A stretch of 63,518 bases of DNA, the filler included, from Saprolegnia diclina VS20 (lineage: Eukaryota), in the NCBI RefSeq assembly GCF_000281045.1. It is 3 parts of 2 records of this genome, joined end to end, with 100 filler letters (N's around TTAATTAATTAA, not from the genome) between each part and the next. Parts side by side here need not be neighbours in the genome. Positions count along the whole stretch, not along the records: positions 1 to 27,900 come from NW_008246131.1; 2 more parts are not named here. One strand, written 5' to 3'. Positions 1-13,219 of the stretch are shown here, piece after piece (within the stretch, counting starts at the first letter, position 1; every line of letters begins with the position of its first letter). A model generated the notes under the pieces. The model did no database searches. It worked only from the letters and a program-made list of their open reading frames with translations, and was not told the DNA's origin. The translations under genes and the position numbers were made by a program.

Positions 1-230
1 ACAAGATGAGATCTCAGATCTCGTTTGCCCCGCTTTGACCCATTCAACTCGACATGCTCTTCCGCACTCTGCTCCTCTTGCTCTCGAGCCCTGTCCTCAT
101 CAACGCTCAGACGACGAAAGAGTAACAACAAGAAATAAGGTTGCAATAAATTTATTTCCCGCCACGGGTGCGTATTCGCTGCAATCGGTGCACCTTTCCA
201 ATTCAGGTGCGTTTTGGATCCAGACGAGAT

Positions 231-923
231 ATGGACCAGCGCGTCGCGTACATGCAAGTGCTCGAGGTCGGGAGCTGCGTCGTGCTCTTCGCCAAGCGCT
301 GGAGCTGGCACGAGGACGCGCGCGCCGAGGGCCTCCGGTCGCTCGTCCATAGCTTCTCGCAGTTTGCCCGCGAGATTGACGGCGGCCCCATCCGGGCTGC
401 CCACTTTGGCCTTCCGGCGCTGCCCAAGACGACCGTAGCAGCCTCGACGCGGCGAACGTCGACATCTCTGCGGCAGTCGCTGCTCCAGTCGCGCTCGTCG
501 ACGTATGGCTCGACGCCGTACGCGAGTCCGCACAGCTCGACCGGGTCGTTCCACTCGGTCTCGCCCACGCCGTCCAGCGGCCTCGCGTCGCCGCTGTACG
601 CCACGTCGCCCGGGCACCTCGGCCCGTCGTCGCCAGCGCCAATGCGGCTGCACATGGCGTCAACAGAGAACATCCTTTTCCAGGTCGTGCTGTTCTACGC
701 GTGGGCGTCGTCCGACCCCGACGGCCGCGAGATGGACGCACTGGCCGGGTTGCTCCTCGACAAGTTCACGACGCTCTTTGCGCAGTCGCCTGCCTGGGAA
801 CAGGCCAAGGGCTTGCTCAAGAGCGTGGTTGACAAGGACGAGAACAGCGCCATCAGCCGCCACTTCGAGCCCTTCCATGACGTGGTCACCGACCTCATCG
901 AAGTCCAAACCGCCCAAGTGTAA
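231..923 (+). CDS. Hypothetical protein (possible longin-like fold with a Ser/Pro-rich insertion)
   Basis: Single ORF from ATG 231 (MDQRVAYMQVLEVGSCVVLFAKRW) to TAA 923 with GC3-rich codons. The fold guess is weak. Confidence 0.65.
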   Translation: MDQRVAYMQVLEVGSCVVLFAKRWSWHEDARAEGLRSLVHSFSQFAREIDGGPIRAAHFGLPALPKTTVAASTRRTSTSLRQSLLQSRSSTYGSTPYASPHSSTGSFHSVSPTPSSGLASPLYATSPGHLGPSSPAPMRLHMASTENILFQVVLFYAWASSDPDGREMDALAGLLLDKFTTLFAQSPAWEQAKGLLKSVVDKDENSAISRHFEPFHDVVTDLIEVQTAQV

Positions 924-959
924 GCAGCGGTACATCGATATGTATATTCAAGAAGACAA

Positions 960-3900
960 TCACGTGGCCGAGAAGCCCCAGAGCTCGAGCTTGGTGACGA
1001 CAAAGCGTTCGCGGGCAACGAGCGGCTTGGACGCAAACGTGTCGCAGGCGCCGGTCGAGCCTTGCAGCAAGTCGCCATCCTAGTTCAATGGGTGATGGCA
1101 AGCACTCTGCGGATATAGATGCGTACGAGGTAGAGGCCAAAGCTGCCGCCGCCGCCCATGATGAGCGCGTCTTCCGAGCACAGCTGAAAGTAGTTGTTCT
1201 TGCGGCTCCACGGGTACTTGGTGACGCTCGCGCCGTTCTCAAAGCTGAAGAGGAACGACTCGCCGTTGCCATAGTAGTTGAGCGCATGGTGCCACTCGTC
1301 TGACGCAAAGCCGCCAAAAATCACATTCTGGTCGTCTTGGACCACTACAAGCGTCGGACTCTACACCGCTCCATCCACGTCAATCACCTGGGTATGGACA
1401 CCACACCACATACCTGCGCCTTGGCAAGGATGAGAAGCGACTGGAGCGACGAGCCGTGGACGTCTGTGCTATCCACGACATGGATCCTATGGTCTAGAGG
1501 AAGAAATACCGTATACCTGTAGAGCAGCTTCCACTTGCAGAGCTGGCACGTGATCGGCAGCACCTCGTCGATCTCGACAATGTGCGCAATGTTGAGGATC
1601 TTCGAGTCGCCAAGGAGCTTTTGCGCCATCGCCGCTCGGTTAAAGTCGAGCGCCTTTGACATCGTCACCGCCGCCTCGGGCGTTGCGATCGCCGCGAGCA
1701 TGTTGCTTATCGAGTTCTGACGCGACGAGATCGCAGTCTTCCGGTACAGCTTCCAGTCGTCGATAATGTCGTCGATCGACGACGGCGACCGGTGCAAGAG
1801 CCACTCGAGCTGCGCAATGGTTTCTTCGAGGACGCGGCCAAAGTCGTGCGTGAACGTATACTGGTACTCGAACATTTCGAGCGCAAGCCCAAACATGCGG
1901 TAGAAGAAGACGTGGTCCGCAAGGATCTCCCAGAACGGCTCCATCGAGAGGAGCGTAAAGTCGATGGTCGGGTGCGACGGCGTCGGCGCCAGCTTGAGCG
2001 CGTTCAGCAGCACGGCGACGATGGCCGCACTCGCCGTGAGCGCACTGTACGCGCGCGGTGGCGTCCGGCGCGCGCACGCCGCCAAGTGCTAGCCACAAAC
2101 GTTGTACCATCGAGAAGCGATACACGAACGGTGAACCTCGAGCGCCTTGGGGTCGTGCTGCACGTAGTACGCGAGGCAGCGCAGGAGGAGGACGCCGCCG
2201 CTCTGAAAGTTGTCAAGGACGCGCGCTGCGTGGAACCCGTACGCTTGCCAGAGCGCGACATCGTCCGTCGCCGCGCTCGTCAGCAGCGGAACCTCTTCAA
2301 AGACCATCCCGTCGTTCTCGTCGTCCTCGTCTAAACACGGCGGTCGTTCAGATGCCGAGGCAAGATACACAAGTCGCACTGGCTTGGTTGTTGTCTTCGT
2401 CGCGCAGGTGCTGCTGCATCTCGTTGCGTACGACCGCGCTTTGCCGCCGCGACGTATTGGCCTGCGCTTCCGTCTCCTCCATGGTCTGCACTTGGGACCG
2501 GTGGCGCTTCATACAGTGCCAGATCGTCTCCAGCGCTGCGTCATCGTCCACGTTGCCAACGACCGGGTGCTGCTTGACGAGCGGTGCAAAGCTTGCGAGA
2601 AAGCGCTGCTTGATCTCGAAATCCTAGTGCGTAGCGTTCGAGCTTGCGGGTTTGAGAAGACGAGCAACGGACCTGCGTCGCCTTTTGAATCGTGCTGCGA
2701 ACCGACGCAAAGATCGTCTCGTGGTGCGAGAGCATGAGCTCAACGACGTGCGCGCCGATCGCTGCCATGCGCACCTCCTGCGACTGCATTTGGAGCTTAT
2801 TCTCGCGCGTCTCGCGCTTCCGGACGATGGCCGGCGCCAGCGCAATCGAGAGGCCGACGACGTTGAGGCCATTGAGCGCTGCGTGCGCTGGCTCGAGGAG
2901 TGTCGCGAGGACCCCAAAGACCTAGGGTATGCAGGTTGCATATCCGTGCTCGAGGTGAAGCGAAGCGACAGGCGTACCCGCTCGAGCACGATCTTGCACT
3001 CGATTGGGAGGTCGGCGACGAGACAGGCGAGGTTCCGGACGCGGTCGCCTTCGTCTGGCATGCGCGACGCCGTCACGAAGGCGTCGTAGCGCTCGGACGT
3101 GATGAGCGGCTCGGGAATGTGTCGGAGGAACTCGACTAGGATCGCCGAGACCACGTGGGGGTCGGGTTGCTTGGGCAGGCACCCGTGGAACTCGATGTAG
3201 TCTTTCACCGGCGCCACGTAGACCTACAAGATATAGACATGTTGGACTATTGCATCGGGAGAATAGGGTTGGACCTGCGAGACGGTCGTGCGGAAGAGTC
3301 GCGGTGTCGACGCGTGCGATGCAATGTACTCGAGGCACTCGACCACGAAATTCGGAATCGCGAGGTGCGGGTCGATGAACGCGCACTTGGTGTGGTACGG
3401 GTTGCGCACGAGAAATGAGAGCTCGACGCTAAAGACGTGCTGCCACGGCTTGATACCCTGATACAAAGTTGATACAATTCGGGATATAGCAAAGAGGTAC
3501 CTTTTTCTTGTCCGAGAGACGTCGGGCCGCGGCCGAAAAGTACTCGTCGGCTACAAGAAGCGCGGTAGAGCGCGACGCCCGGCGCTCCGGCGAACGAGTA
3601 CCTTGGCTCGCCACGTCGTCGACGAGCGCCTCGACCTTCTCAAAGAGCAGGTCCATGTTGTCAAGGGCGCTGGGTGCGGCGGCGGCGTCGAGAGCAATGG
3701 TGACGCGGGGTTGGCTCTTGCGGCGCCGAGCAAACTCGAGATCCGAGATCGGGATCCGAAAATGCAAGTCGCCAAGGTACGTGAGCAGCTGGACAAAGAT
3801 CGACGCGCCCTCGGCGCAGCGCAGCAAGGCCCAGTCTTCGCAGCTGGCGCGGAGAAACTGCTCCGTGTCGAGCGCGAGAATGAGCTACGCATGTGTGAGA

Positions 3901-4403
3901 TGCCAGAGGAGACATCGCTCTTCGTACTGCGATCGTGGCTTCGAGGTTCGCTTGGTTCAACGCGAGGCGAAGCCAGACGCGTGACTTGCCTGCGTCCGTC
4001 GACGACAGCCGCGACGCTTCGCGGATCGTGCCTGCGACCGGCGCGCTGGCCTCGGCGACGGCGGTCCCGACAAAGTGCACGAGCGGCCAGCACGAGGCCG
4101 TCGCGTCGTTGTGGCCATGGCGCAGCCCGTGGTTGAGGCAGCTTTGGATGCAGCGACACAGATCATAGACGCCAATGTCGTCTTCCTCGAGCACGATCGT
4201 CTTGCCGCTCGTTTCGAGCTTGGCCTTTTCTTCGTGCCAGTGGCAGACGTCCATGACGGCCTTCTTCAGCGAGGCCTACGAAGGAGGTCGCATGAGACGC
4301 TGGAAGCGGTAGGTCGACGCACGAGGAGGTCGTAGCGGTCCTTGGCGTGCTCGTCGTTCGGGGCCGCGGTCGGGAGGAGCCACTGCGCCAGTCGACCGAA
4401 CAT
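960..4403 (-). CDS. Multi-exon RUN + RhoGAP + ELMO/CED-12 + TLDc domain protein
   Basis: RUN: LCRCIQSCLNHGL...GKSRVWLRLALNQ. RhoGAP: IPNFVVECLEYI...LFR, DPHVVSAILVEFLRHIPEPLIT. ELMO-like: WQAYGFH..VLDNFQSGGVLLLRCLAYY. TLDc: CKWKLLY..HGSSL, IFGGFASDEW..YYGNGESFLF..LIMGGGGSFGLYL..LELWGF. ATG at 4403, TGA at 960-962, several short introns. Confidence 0.8.
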
Positions 4404-5372
4404 GCTGCTGCTCTGACGTATCTTGGTTGTTCGTATCGTGGGTGCGATGCAGCGTTTGTATAGTATACAAAAACGCAGTGACTTCCACGCGGCGCCGGTT
4501 CTTTGCATCGCGCTCATTTTATGACGCGGCCGCTGCTGGTTGTATCTTGCAATTTATTTTATTTCGAAATACGCACCTATATCGGTCGAGCGGCGTGGCT
4601 CGTGGGGAATTAAACAAGACATACGGATGGGTGAATGGTGCGTAAAGCTTATAAAGCACCTATGTCATGCATTTGGTGCTATTCTCTCCGCTGGAAGGTC
4701 GACCCGCAGAGCCAAAACCGTGCTGCCGACCAAGGGTCAACTATCCTGCAAGATGGCATGCATGATGTTGTCGAGTTGACATCGGCGGAGTGACGCACCC
4801 CTCGCTTGCATATCATTTCATACGCGCTGACTGTGATGACGAATTGAACATGAGTGTCTACCTGCGTCAAGGGCTTGCTAATGTGTACTACATGTCAATC
4901 ATGCAACCTCGATGCCGCTGTCGATCAGTGATTTTCTCCGAATCCCGCCTAGTAGGTCAAGTCCCTTCAAAAATAACGAGCACTCTATGGTGTCTTCAAG
5001 GGAACATGGCTCGTATTTCGCCGCCACCATGACAGCTACTGAGGTTTGGCTGCCATCGCCCTTCGCCAGCAGCTGAACAGCGTGGCAAATGCAACCAAAT
5101 GGCTTTCTCGCGGGCAGTACCGAGTCCGTCAATGATTTACCAGCTCTGGGCGTCATACCGTACGACCCTATAGCGTCTTGTGGCGTCGCCGACTCGTGCT
5201 TGCACCTGCTGCTGCCACGTTTGAATCGAGCGGCTCCGGATTCGAAAAATGGACCAATCACCGGCGTGCATGGTATTGTTTATTGTATAGCTTGTTTTTG
5301 GTATGTAAGAGATGCGAGATGTATTTAAATCGGATCCAGCGGCGGGCTTGGCATTGTCAACGCGGCTGCAAC

Positions 5373-6799
5373 ATGGACAAGAAGAAAAAGCTCGTGCCAC
5401 CGACGGCGATTCCGGCCGCGGTCCTCTACTCGGCCATGGGCTACGTGGAGTCGCAGGAGGACGTGGCGGCCTTGCTCATGGCGGTGCCACCGGCCGAGCT
5501 CTGCGCGCCGCTGGCCGCACTGCGCACCTTCATGACGACGCCCATGGCGTTTGACGGCCAGTGGCCGACGGTGGACATGAGCGCCGTTTCGCAAGATCAC
5601 TTGGACCTCGTCTACGTCGCACTGCCTGCGATCCCAGGTTTGCTTCTGCCGCCGAGACACAGTGTGCTCGACCGTCACCTCCCGGCCCTCCTCGCCGCCT
5701 TGCCGTCCAAGCTCAAGATGGTCGACACGAAAGACGTGGCGTGGTTTGACGAGCCCGAGTTTAGAGGCATTGTGCCCTTGTGCACGCAGCTCTCGGAAGT
5801 CTACGCTGACGTGTTTCACCTCCGCACGACGCTGCTGCCGCCCAGCGTCTGCAAGTTGTCGCTCTCCTGCAACACGTGATCGACCCGCTGCTCGAGCCAT
5901 TGGCGCAGCACCTCGAGGCAGGGCGCGTCACACACCTTATGCTCCACGCCTTGAGCTCGGCAGCCAGCGCAAACGCCTTGGCGAGCATTCTCGCGGCGGC
6001 CACGTCGGTCACAACCCTGGGCTTGAACGCCTCGGAGGCGCTTATCAATTTGGGCAAACCGCTGCACCACGTGGAGGCGGTGCAGCTCTACGTGGAGCCC
6101 GCACTCTTCCGCGGCGACATCCGTGACTTTATGGCTCTCCTCGATCTCGCCAAAGTCAACTATCTCGACGCCAGTGGCTTTGAGAACCTCAACTGGCTTG
6201 TCCCGTTCCTCGGCCAGATGTCGCTCCTCGAAGAGCTGGTGTTGACGTACGGCGCTTTCTCGGTAACACCGGACGCGCTCATGGACACTCCGCTGCCGAG
6301 CTTGAACTTGCTGACCGTGCATCTCGTGACGATGGACGCAGTCAGTTTTGAGACTTTTCGTCTCTGGGCGTCCAAGCTGCGCAACTTGCGCGAGGCCCAC
6401 TGGCTCAACATTATCAACCTTCCGTCGAGTGGGTTTGAGCTCTCCCAAGAAGACATTGCCGGGCAGACGGACCGCCTCTCGGTGCTCTCAACTCGCTCGT
6501 TCAAGCGGCAGCACATCTTGGCCTTGCTGACGCCGTTGCTCTACGTCCGGCGCCGCGTGCAACCCCTAACAAGGGTCATGTTCGACCTCGAATCCAGCGC
6601 CATCAACCCCAGCACCCTCCGCGTCACCGACATCACGGCGCTTTTGGACGCAGTGCAAGGTCGCCCGGACGTCGCGCTCGCATTGCGTGCGAGTGCTGAC
6701 GACGAGGCTGCCATTGCAGCCTACGCGGAGGCGAAGCACGTCGAGATGGTGGTCGACCGTCGTCTCGAGCTTCTCGACTGCCGCTTCCGCGCTCTCTAG
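5373..6799 (+). CDS. Leucine-rich hypothetical protein of a lineage-expanded type, split by a frame break at about 5876
   Basis: Two coding-like ORFs (ATG 5373-5879 and 5876-6799) overlap at GTGA. LRR-like Leu periodicity. An intron or a frameshift is needed to join them. Confidence 0.55.
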
Positions 6800-7073
6800 A
6801 GCGCTTTCTTATTATACTATGCACGGTAGCAACGAGGCCCATCGTTCTTTTGGGCTGCAGCACATGCACACAAGTGGCTCGGACAGCGATGCTCGCCCAA
6901 GCAACTGCTTGGCACCACGCATACGGGCAGTCAACGCTCTCTGCGATATGCAGTAGGAGAGACTGCAACCGCCAAGGCTAGGACCACAGGACGCACGATG
7001 ACCCTTTGTCTTCACAAGCAACAACAGAAATGTCATATGAAGAAGCGGCAATTTGGCCGTCGTACAAGCCACG

Positions 7074-7913
7074 TCAGCGAAACTTGCGGCGCTTGTTGGA
7101 GGGCAGGTCGGCAGCATTTTCCTTCTCTTCCAGCCGGCGCTTGGCCGCGTCGGCCTTTTCCTTCTTGAGAGCGCGGACGTCGGTTTGGAAGCGGAACTCG
7201 TGCACCTGCGTGAGCTTGGGGCGACGCACGGCGGGGACGCCGAGGACGCCAGCCGAGCGCAATTTCTACGCATTTCATGTGGTATTTCGGAGTGAAATGA
7301 AGCTTTGTACCATCGCAAAGGTCGGACCCTGCGTCGGAGTCTTCGTTGGCAAGCCTTGCGTCGCGCGATGGTAGCGCTGGAAGCGCCGGCGCTCGAGCAT
7401 CATGGCACGCCGTTCGTTGGCAATGTCTTGCAGCTCCTGGGTCGTCGCGCTCACCTTTTGCTCGCGCGCGCGTGGCGGACGGTGCGACGTTGCAAAGTCT
7501 GGGCTCTTTGGAATCGTAAGTCGACGCTTCATCGGAGGATGGGGCCGGCGTTGCACCGGTTTCGCGGGCGGCGGCGGGACCGGCTCGGGCTTGGTGCGCG
7601 GTGGCCGCTTGGACGTCGCAAAGTTGGGACTCTTCGGGATCGTCAAAGGTCGCTTCATCGGCGGCGCAGGCTTCCGGGCAGCTGGCTTGAGCTGGACGCG
7701 CCCCGTGGTGCTGCCCTTGAGTGTGATCGGCCGCTTCGTCGCTTGGCCTGGCAGCGTTGCCTTGGTCACGATTCGCGCTTGGGACGCGACCGTCGGCCGC
7801 GTGAGGCTGCTGGACCTCGCCTCACTTGCGCAGGTCGTCCTCCGAGTCCGCGCGGTCGGCTGCCGAGGGGCGGTCCCCGCGCCTGTCCCGGGCCGGGACG
7901 GTCGGCCCGACAT
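7074..7913 (-). CDS. TPX2-like microtubule-associated protein
   Basis: Repeats PLTIPKSPNFATSKR, RLTIPKSPDFATSHR and PKLTQVHEFRFQTDVRA resemble TPX2-family motifs. Basic composition, C-terminal KRRKFR NLS-like signal, one intron near 7255-7310. Confidence 0.7.
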
Positions 7914-8315
7914 CTTGGATTTGAATTTTTGAGTTGGACAGCGGTCGACGAGCGTATCCGGAACTTACCGGATAAAACCCTGGTAAACAATATAATATAC
8001 ATCGGTTCTGACAGGTCGTTGGCCATTTAAATTGCAAAGGACAATATCCGGTGCTCGCTCAAGAGTTTCGGCGGCCGCCGTTCACAGGCTACCAAGGCGT
8101 ACCAACGACGTGGGCTCAATGATCCTGCAACGATTTCTTGCTATGTTGCATGTATTTACTGCTAGTAGTGGCAGCTATCTTTCTTCCTTGTGCTTTCACG
8201 TGTACTGTAAACTATTTTTCTTTACAAAGTTATTGCTATTTGTAAATTCTGAAATAGTGTGGTATGGCCTCTGGAAATAGCGTTTGCCGAGTCCATTTTG
8301 GCCTTCCAGGATCGG

Positions 8316-8649
8316 ATGGAAATGAAGCCGGGTGTGACCATGACGATCCGCTTCAAGGGCGAGCTCGTGCACGAGTTCGCCGTGCACCCGTCGACGCCCG
8401 ACAACCTCTACGACACGACCGAGAGCCTCACGACGCCCCACTGCTACAGCGGCAAGGAGGACGGCGGCTTCCTCCCCGTGCCCAACAACGCTGGCCCGCA
8501 TGCGCTGCTGGCGACCGCCATCGTGGTACGCTTCCTCTGCACCATAGTCGCATGCTTACTGCGATGCTATCGCCGTGTAGAAGGCCAAGCAGAGCAGCGA
8601 AGGCTTCCTCGCCGACAAGTGCGAAGGGCCGGTCAAGGACGACATCTAA
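8316..8649 (+). CDS. Small hypothetical protein (about 92 aa, 2 exons)
   Basis: MEMKPGVTMTIRFKGELVHEF..., GT-AG intron 8526-8580, in-frame exon 2 ending KDDI-TAA at 8649. Confidence 0.6.
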
Positions 8650-8688
8650 TACAATCTACATCCTGTTCAACGATCGTCGTTCCTGCTG

Positions 8689-11675
8689 CTACGGCGCCTT
8701 GCGTTTCCGGCGCGACCGCTTATGTGGGCCCGTCGCTGGCGCCGTCGTCGGCTGCTGCTGGAAAATCGACGGCGCCACTTGGACGCGGTGCCGGTTCGAG
8801 ACGTGGGGCACGTGCTGCCGGCGACAGGGCGGGCAGAACCACGTGCTAGGTGGCACGATGCAGAGGCCCGCGCATCTACACACCCCGTGCATGAGCTCTC
8901 ATTGCATGTGCAGAGGCGGCGCTTCGTACGACAAGTGAAAGGCGGCAGGGCACCCATCGCAGCATATGAGCTCGCCGGTCTGGCCGCACCGGTGGCACGA
9001 GTCTTCGTTCAAGTCGGCCTACGTACTCGCGTCAAGACGACTTGTCGAGACGCATCGGTAGCGTACCGTGTCGCCGCGCGTGAGGTTCATGCCATCCTCG
9101 ACGTTCTCCAAGAGGCGGCGCACACGGTCCGTGTCCAAATCGTTTTGGGTGATGTTGAGGCGCTTGTTCCAGCGCGACGTGCCCCGTGCAAACCGCCGAA
9201 TGTCTACGCCGCCTGTGAGCTCGAACGTCGTCGTACTCGGGGTCTACCGTCAAAGAGCTTGGACCGGGCATCGAGGAGGTTGACGCGGCTCGGCGGGCGG
9301 CGCGTAGCACACGGCGCGGGGCGTGCGGGCACATTGCGCAGCTCGTCCGAGTAGTCGAGGACGCCGCCGGCCAAAAACGATTTGCCAAGCGGCTGCGCGA
9401 GCGCCAAGGTCGCGGGCGCCGCCTCCCGCGCCGCTTCGAGCGGCCGGCGGTGCTCGAGGATCGTGGCGTGGTGCGAGTCGACGTCGACAAGGTCAGGTAC
9501 GCGATGGGCGAGGAAGAGCGGCGGCGACGCCCGTTGGTTGGACGCCCCGTGCTTGGCGAGCCAGTCCCGGTGCAGCTACGAGGACATGCCACGTCATAAT
9601 CTCGTTTATATCCTGAGATGGTCGTACCTGCGCGTTCTTGAAGACGCTGAGGGACGTCGACTTTTGCGGTCGCGAGAGCTTTTGGCTCGCCGCTTCGTGC
9701 GAGAGCTCGGCGTCCGAAGGCGTCGACGAGCTGTGTCCAGAGGACCCCGGGAGGTTGCCGCCAAGGACGCCCTTGCAGCCGGGTGCTCCGCAATGGCACT
9801 GGACCTTGCGGCCGCCAAAGTGGATAAACTACAATCATGCATAATATCAAACTATCGAGATATCAAGTGTACTTGGTAGTCGAACGTGATCTCTTCGTCC
9901 ACTGCGATCGGACGCAGCGCCATGATGCCGATGCGCACGACGCCCTGGCACGTCCTACGTCCTCGACTGAGCATGCCGACCTAGAGAGGCGACAATCTAC
10001 CATTTCTGGGCCCGGGCGTTGGGCTCGCACGAGTGGTTGATGAAGCGACTCACGTTGCCTTTCAGCCGCGCGTCAATCACAATGTCCTTTTCGATCTCGA
10101 GCATATAGTTGTGGGTCTATTGACCAAATTGCCTGATTCGTAAGTTGAATTAGACCAAACGCACCTCGCGGTTGGCACTCGCCGCCGCCATGCGCTCCTT
10201 GACCATCGCGGCGTCAATGACCTCGCCAACGTACTCGAGGATGAAGTCTTGGGCGTCCATGGCTTCGTCGGCCACGAGCCCAAACCCTTTGGCTGCCATG
10301 TACTGCACCCGCGTCGCTCTACCACCAGTGAGACACAAGACACAGCGTAGGAGGGACAGACTTGGAGTGGCGGTGCTGGAACGGGCGGTTCATGCACAGG
10401 TCGGGGTCGGGCGCCGAGCAGGTCTGGTCGCAGCACTCAATGTACAGCATCCTACGCATAGTGACGGGCATTGGGAATCGAATCGTGCGTATATGGTCGT
10501 ACTTGTTGTGGCATGCGTCCCCGCAGTAGGTTGAAGCATGTGCGGGCGATGCCTTCTTGACCTTCTTACGAGGCGCTTCGATCGGCCGCGACGAGCTGCC
10601 GACCTTGGACGTCGCGCCAGCAGCGCACGCGCACTTGTTGGCGTGGCGTTCGACGGACGCGGCTTTCTTGATCAAGTAGACGTTCTTGGACAGGTGGCCA
10701 AACTTGGGCGGCGACCACTGCACGGGCACGGCCTACGCAGANNNNNNNNNNNNNNNNNNNNNNNNNNNNNNNNNNNNNNNNNNNNNNNNNNNNNNNNNNN
10801 NNNNNNNNNNNNNNNNNNNNNNNNNNNNNNNNNNNNNNNNNNNNNNNNNNNNNNNNNNNNNNNNNNNNNNNNNNNNNNNNNNNNNNNNNNNNNNNNNNNN
10901 NNNNNNNNNNNNNNNNNNNNNNNNNNNNNNNNNNNNNNNNNNNNNNNNNNNNNNNNNNNNNNNNNNNNNNNNNNNNNNNNNNNNNNNNNNNNNNNNNNNN
11001 NNNNNNNNNNNNNNNNNNNNNNNNNNNNNNNNNNNNNNNNNNNNNNNNNNNNNNNNNNNNNNNNNNNNNNNNNNNNNNNNNNNNNNNNNNNNNNNNNNNN
11101 NNNNNNNNNNNNNNNNNNNNNNNNNNNNNNNNNNNNNNNNNNNNNNNNNNNNNNNNNNNNNNNNNNNNNNNNNNNNNNNNNNNNNNNNNNNNNNNNNNNN
11201 NNNNNNNNNNNNNNNNNNNNNNNNNNNNNNNNNNNNNNNNNNNNNTCTCGAGGATCGATGGCGGTGCGTCGGTTGCAGGCGGTCGTTCGACACGGGTCTT
11301 TCTCGGTCGGCCCATCTTCTTCCTCGGGCGCGGCAACACTGTCGATGCCAGCGGTAGATCTTCAAGGACGCCGCCGCTTGTCGGGGTCGCTGTAACCGGT
11401 GCGGCCTCGGGCAGCAGTGCACGGCGCTTTGCCGGCGGTGGGCTCGCAACTCGAAGCGGAAGTGATGCAGGCGGCGCGACGCCATCCCGCTGGCGCAGAC
11501 AGGGTAGCATCAAAGACGCGAGCGGCTCGACGGTCAGCAGCGATTGCGTCGCGATCAACGGCGCCGCCGAGGTCTGCTTGATCCGATAGCGGCGCGCCCT
11601 CTTGGCCGGCGATGGGCGCGTGGCTGGTACCGGCGCCGGCTCGACGGCCTCGCGCTGGCGCTGGTTCGGAGCCAT
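8689..11675 (-). CDS. AWS-SET-postSET histone lysine methyltransferase (SET2/ASH1/NSD-like) with C-terminal PHD finger
   Basis: [65 protein letters not shown]. Post-[51 protein letters not shown]-hook-like MGRPRK in the N-terminal part. Interrupted by the N gap. Confidence 0.85.
10742..11245. other. Assembly gap (N run)
   Basis: Run of N. Confidence 0.99.
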
Positions 11676-12271
11676 GCTCTGCTCAACGAGGAAGGCGAGG
11701 TAGTGCGCTATGGCGACTGCCCGGCGCTATGGCCAATACTGTGCGATTTCAAAAGTTGAAAAGGTCACGATGCGGGTCGCCCGCGCTTGTGGTGCTTTTT
11801 CGAATATTATTATGTACTGTACTTTTTTTAAATACCTCTTTTTGCTATTGATGCGTCCCCGAAATGCATTAAATACGGTCATAATTATAAATGCATCAAA
11901 TGGCGGTATAACGTAAATGACCAGTTTATTGCTGAAAATACAAAAACATACCACGTTCTGTATACGGCTTCAATAAAATTATCCCGCGCACCAATAATTG
12001 GCGCTTTTCAGCCATCAACTGGTCGAGACTGGTCCCATGGTCTGGTGTTGTCATTCTTGCAGCGCACCTCGGATGGACGAGCTTCGACTCGACCAGTTGC
12101 ACATAGTGATGGGCAACGAGGCGTACGAAGTGGGTCGTCTTCGTTGCGCGGATGCGTCAGACGGAATTATCAGCAATAATCTGACCCACTCATCCAGTAA
12201 CCTCTATGAATGGATATAATATTGAATGATAGAGAGAATATTACCACATGCAATATTGGGTTTCGACCACA

Positions 12272-13219
12272 ATGAGCGATGACCCCTATGCGGACCTCCC
12301 GAGCGCGACGACGCCCGTACCCGCGAAGCGCCCGCTGGTAGGAGGCGACGAGCCTAGCCAGCCCGCTGCAAAGCGCGCCGCGATCGAGCCAACACCATCG
12401 CCGCCATCGCCCAAGCCGGCGGCCAAGCCAGCGCTCGACCTCTTCCAGACCATCGACAAGATCAAGGGCTACATGGTACACTGCACGCTCGCTATGGAGA
12501 TGGATCATGTATGCTTTGTGCGGTAGATGGTCGACAAGAAGTTTGCCAAGGCCTCGGTCCTCTTTGGAAAGCTTCTCGTCGAAGAGTGCAGCGTGCGCTC
12601 GCCGTCGGACGAGGTCATGACCGCGCTACTGGACGCGATCAAGGACGTCATGGACGCCAAGGCCGATCGCATCCACCACGTTGACGCGCGGAACGAATTC
12701 AAGGCGCTCGTACTGCTCGTGGATGCGCATCGCGCTGCGCTGCTTACGGCGCCTGAATACGAGGCCGACACGCTCGACAATTGGGTGCTCGACGCGGTCT
12801 TGCACAACGACCTCTTCACGGACGACACGTACCGCTTTGCGAAAGCGACAAAAGCCCTCGCATCGCACCTCGACCGCCGCGACGAAGGCGTCGAGAGCAA
12901 GAACGACGGCGATGTCGACGCGCTCGACAGAGTCCTCTTCCCGTGTCTCCGCACGCTCATGGCCCGCCACACAACGTCGTGGGCCAAGACGGCGGTCGAG
13001 CTGGTCATGCACCGGCTCACGGCGACGCGCCTCACGTTTCCCGAGGCCTACCGCAACGAGATTGACCTCTGGACGCAGACGATCCACCAGCGCAAGCACG
13101 CGCCCGTGGATAAGATTAGCGCGGCCGCCGAGATGCGCAAGAACATCATCATTTACAACGAGACGCAGACCGGCAACAAGGTCGGTCGAGTCAACCACCC
13201 GCTGCACAACATCAACTAA
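12272..13219 (+). CDS. Hypothetical alpha-helical protein (2 exons)
   Basis: ATG 12272 (MSDDPYADLP), intron about 12476-12526, then a 230-aa ORF ending at TAA 13219. Confidence 0.75.

Noticed and set aside
8689..11675. Functional linkage of the SET/PHD methyltransferase with the H3-mimic gene
   Set aside because: They are more than 30 kb apart with many unrelated genes between them; nothing supports more than coincidence.
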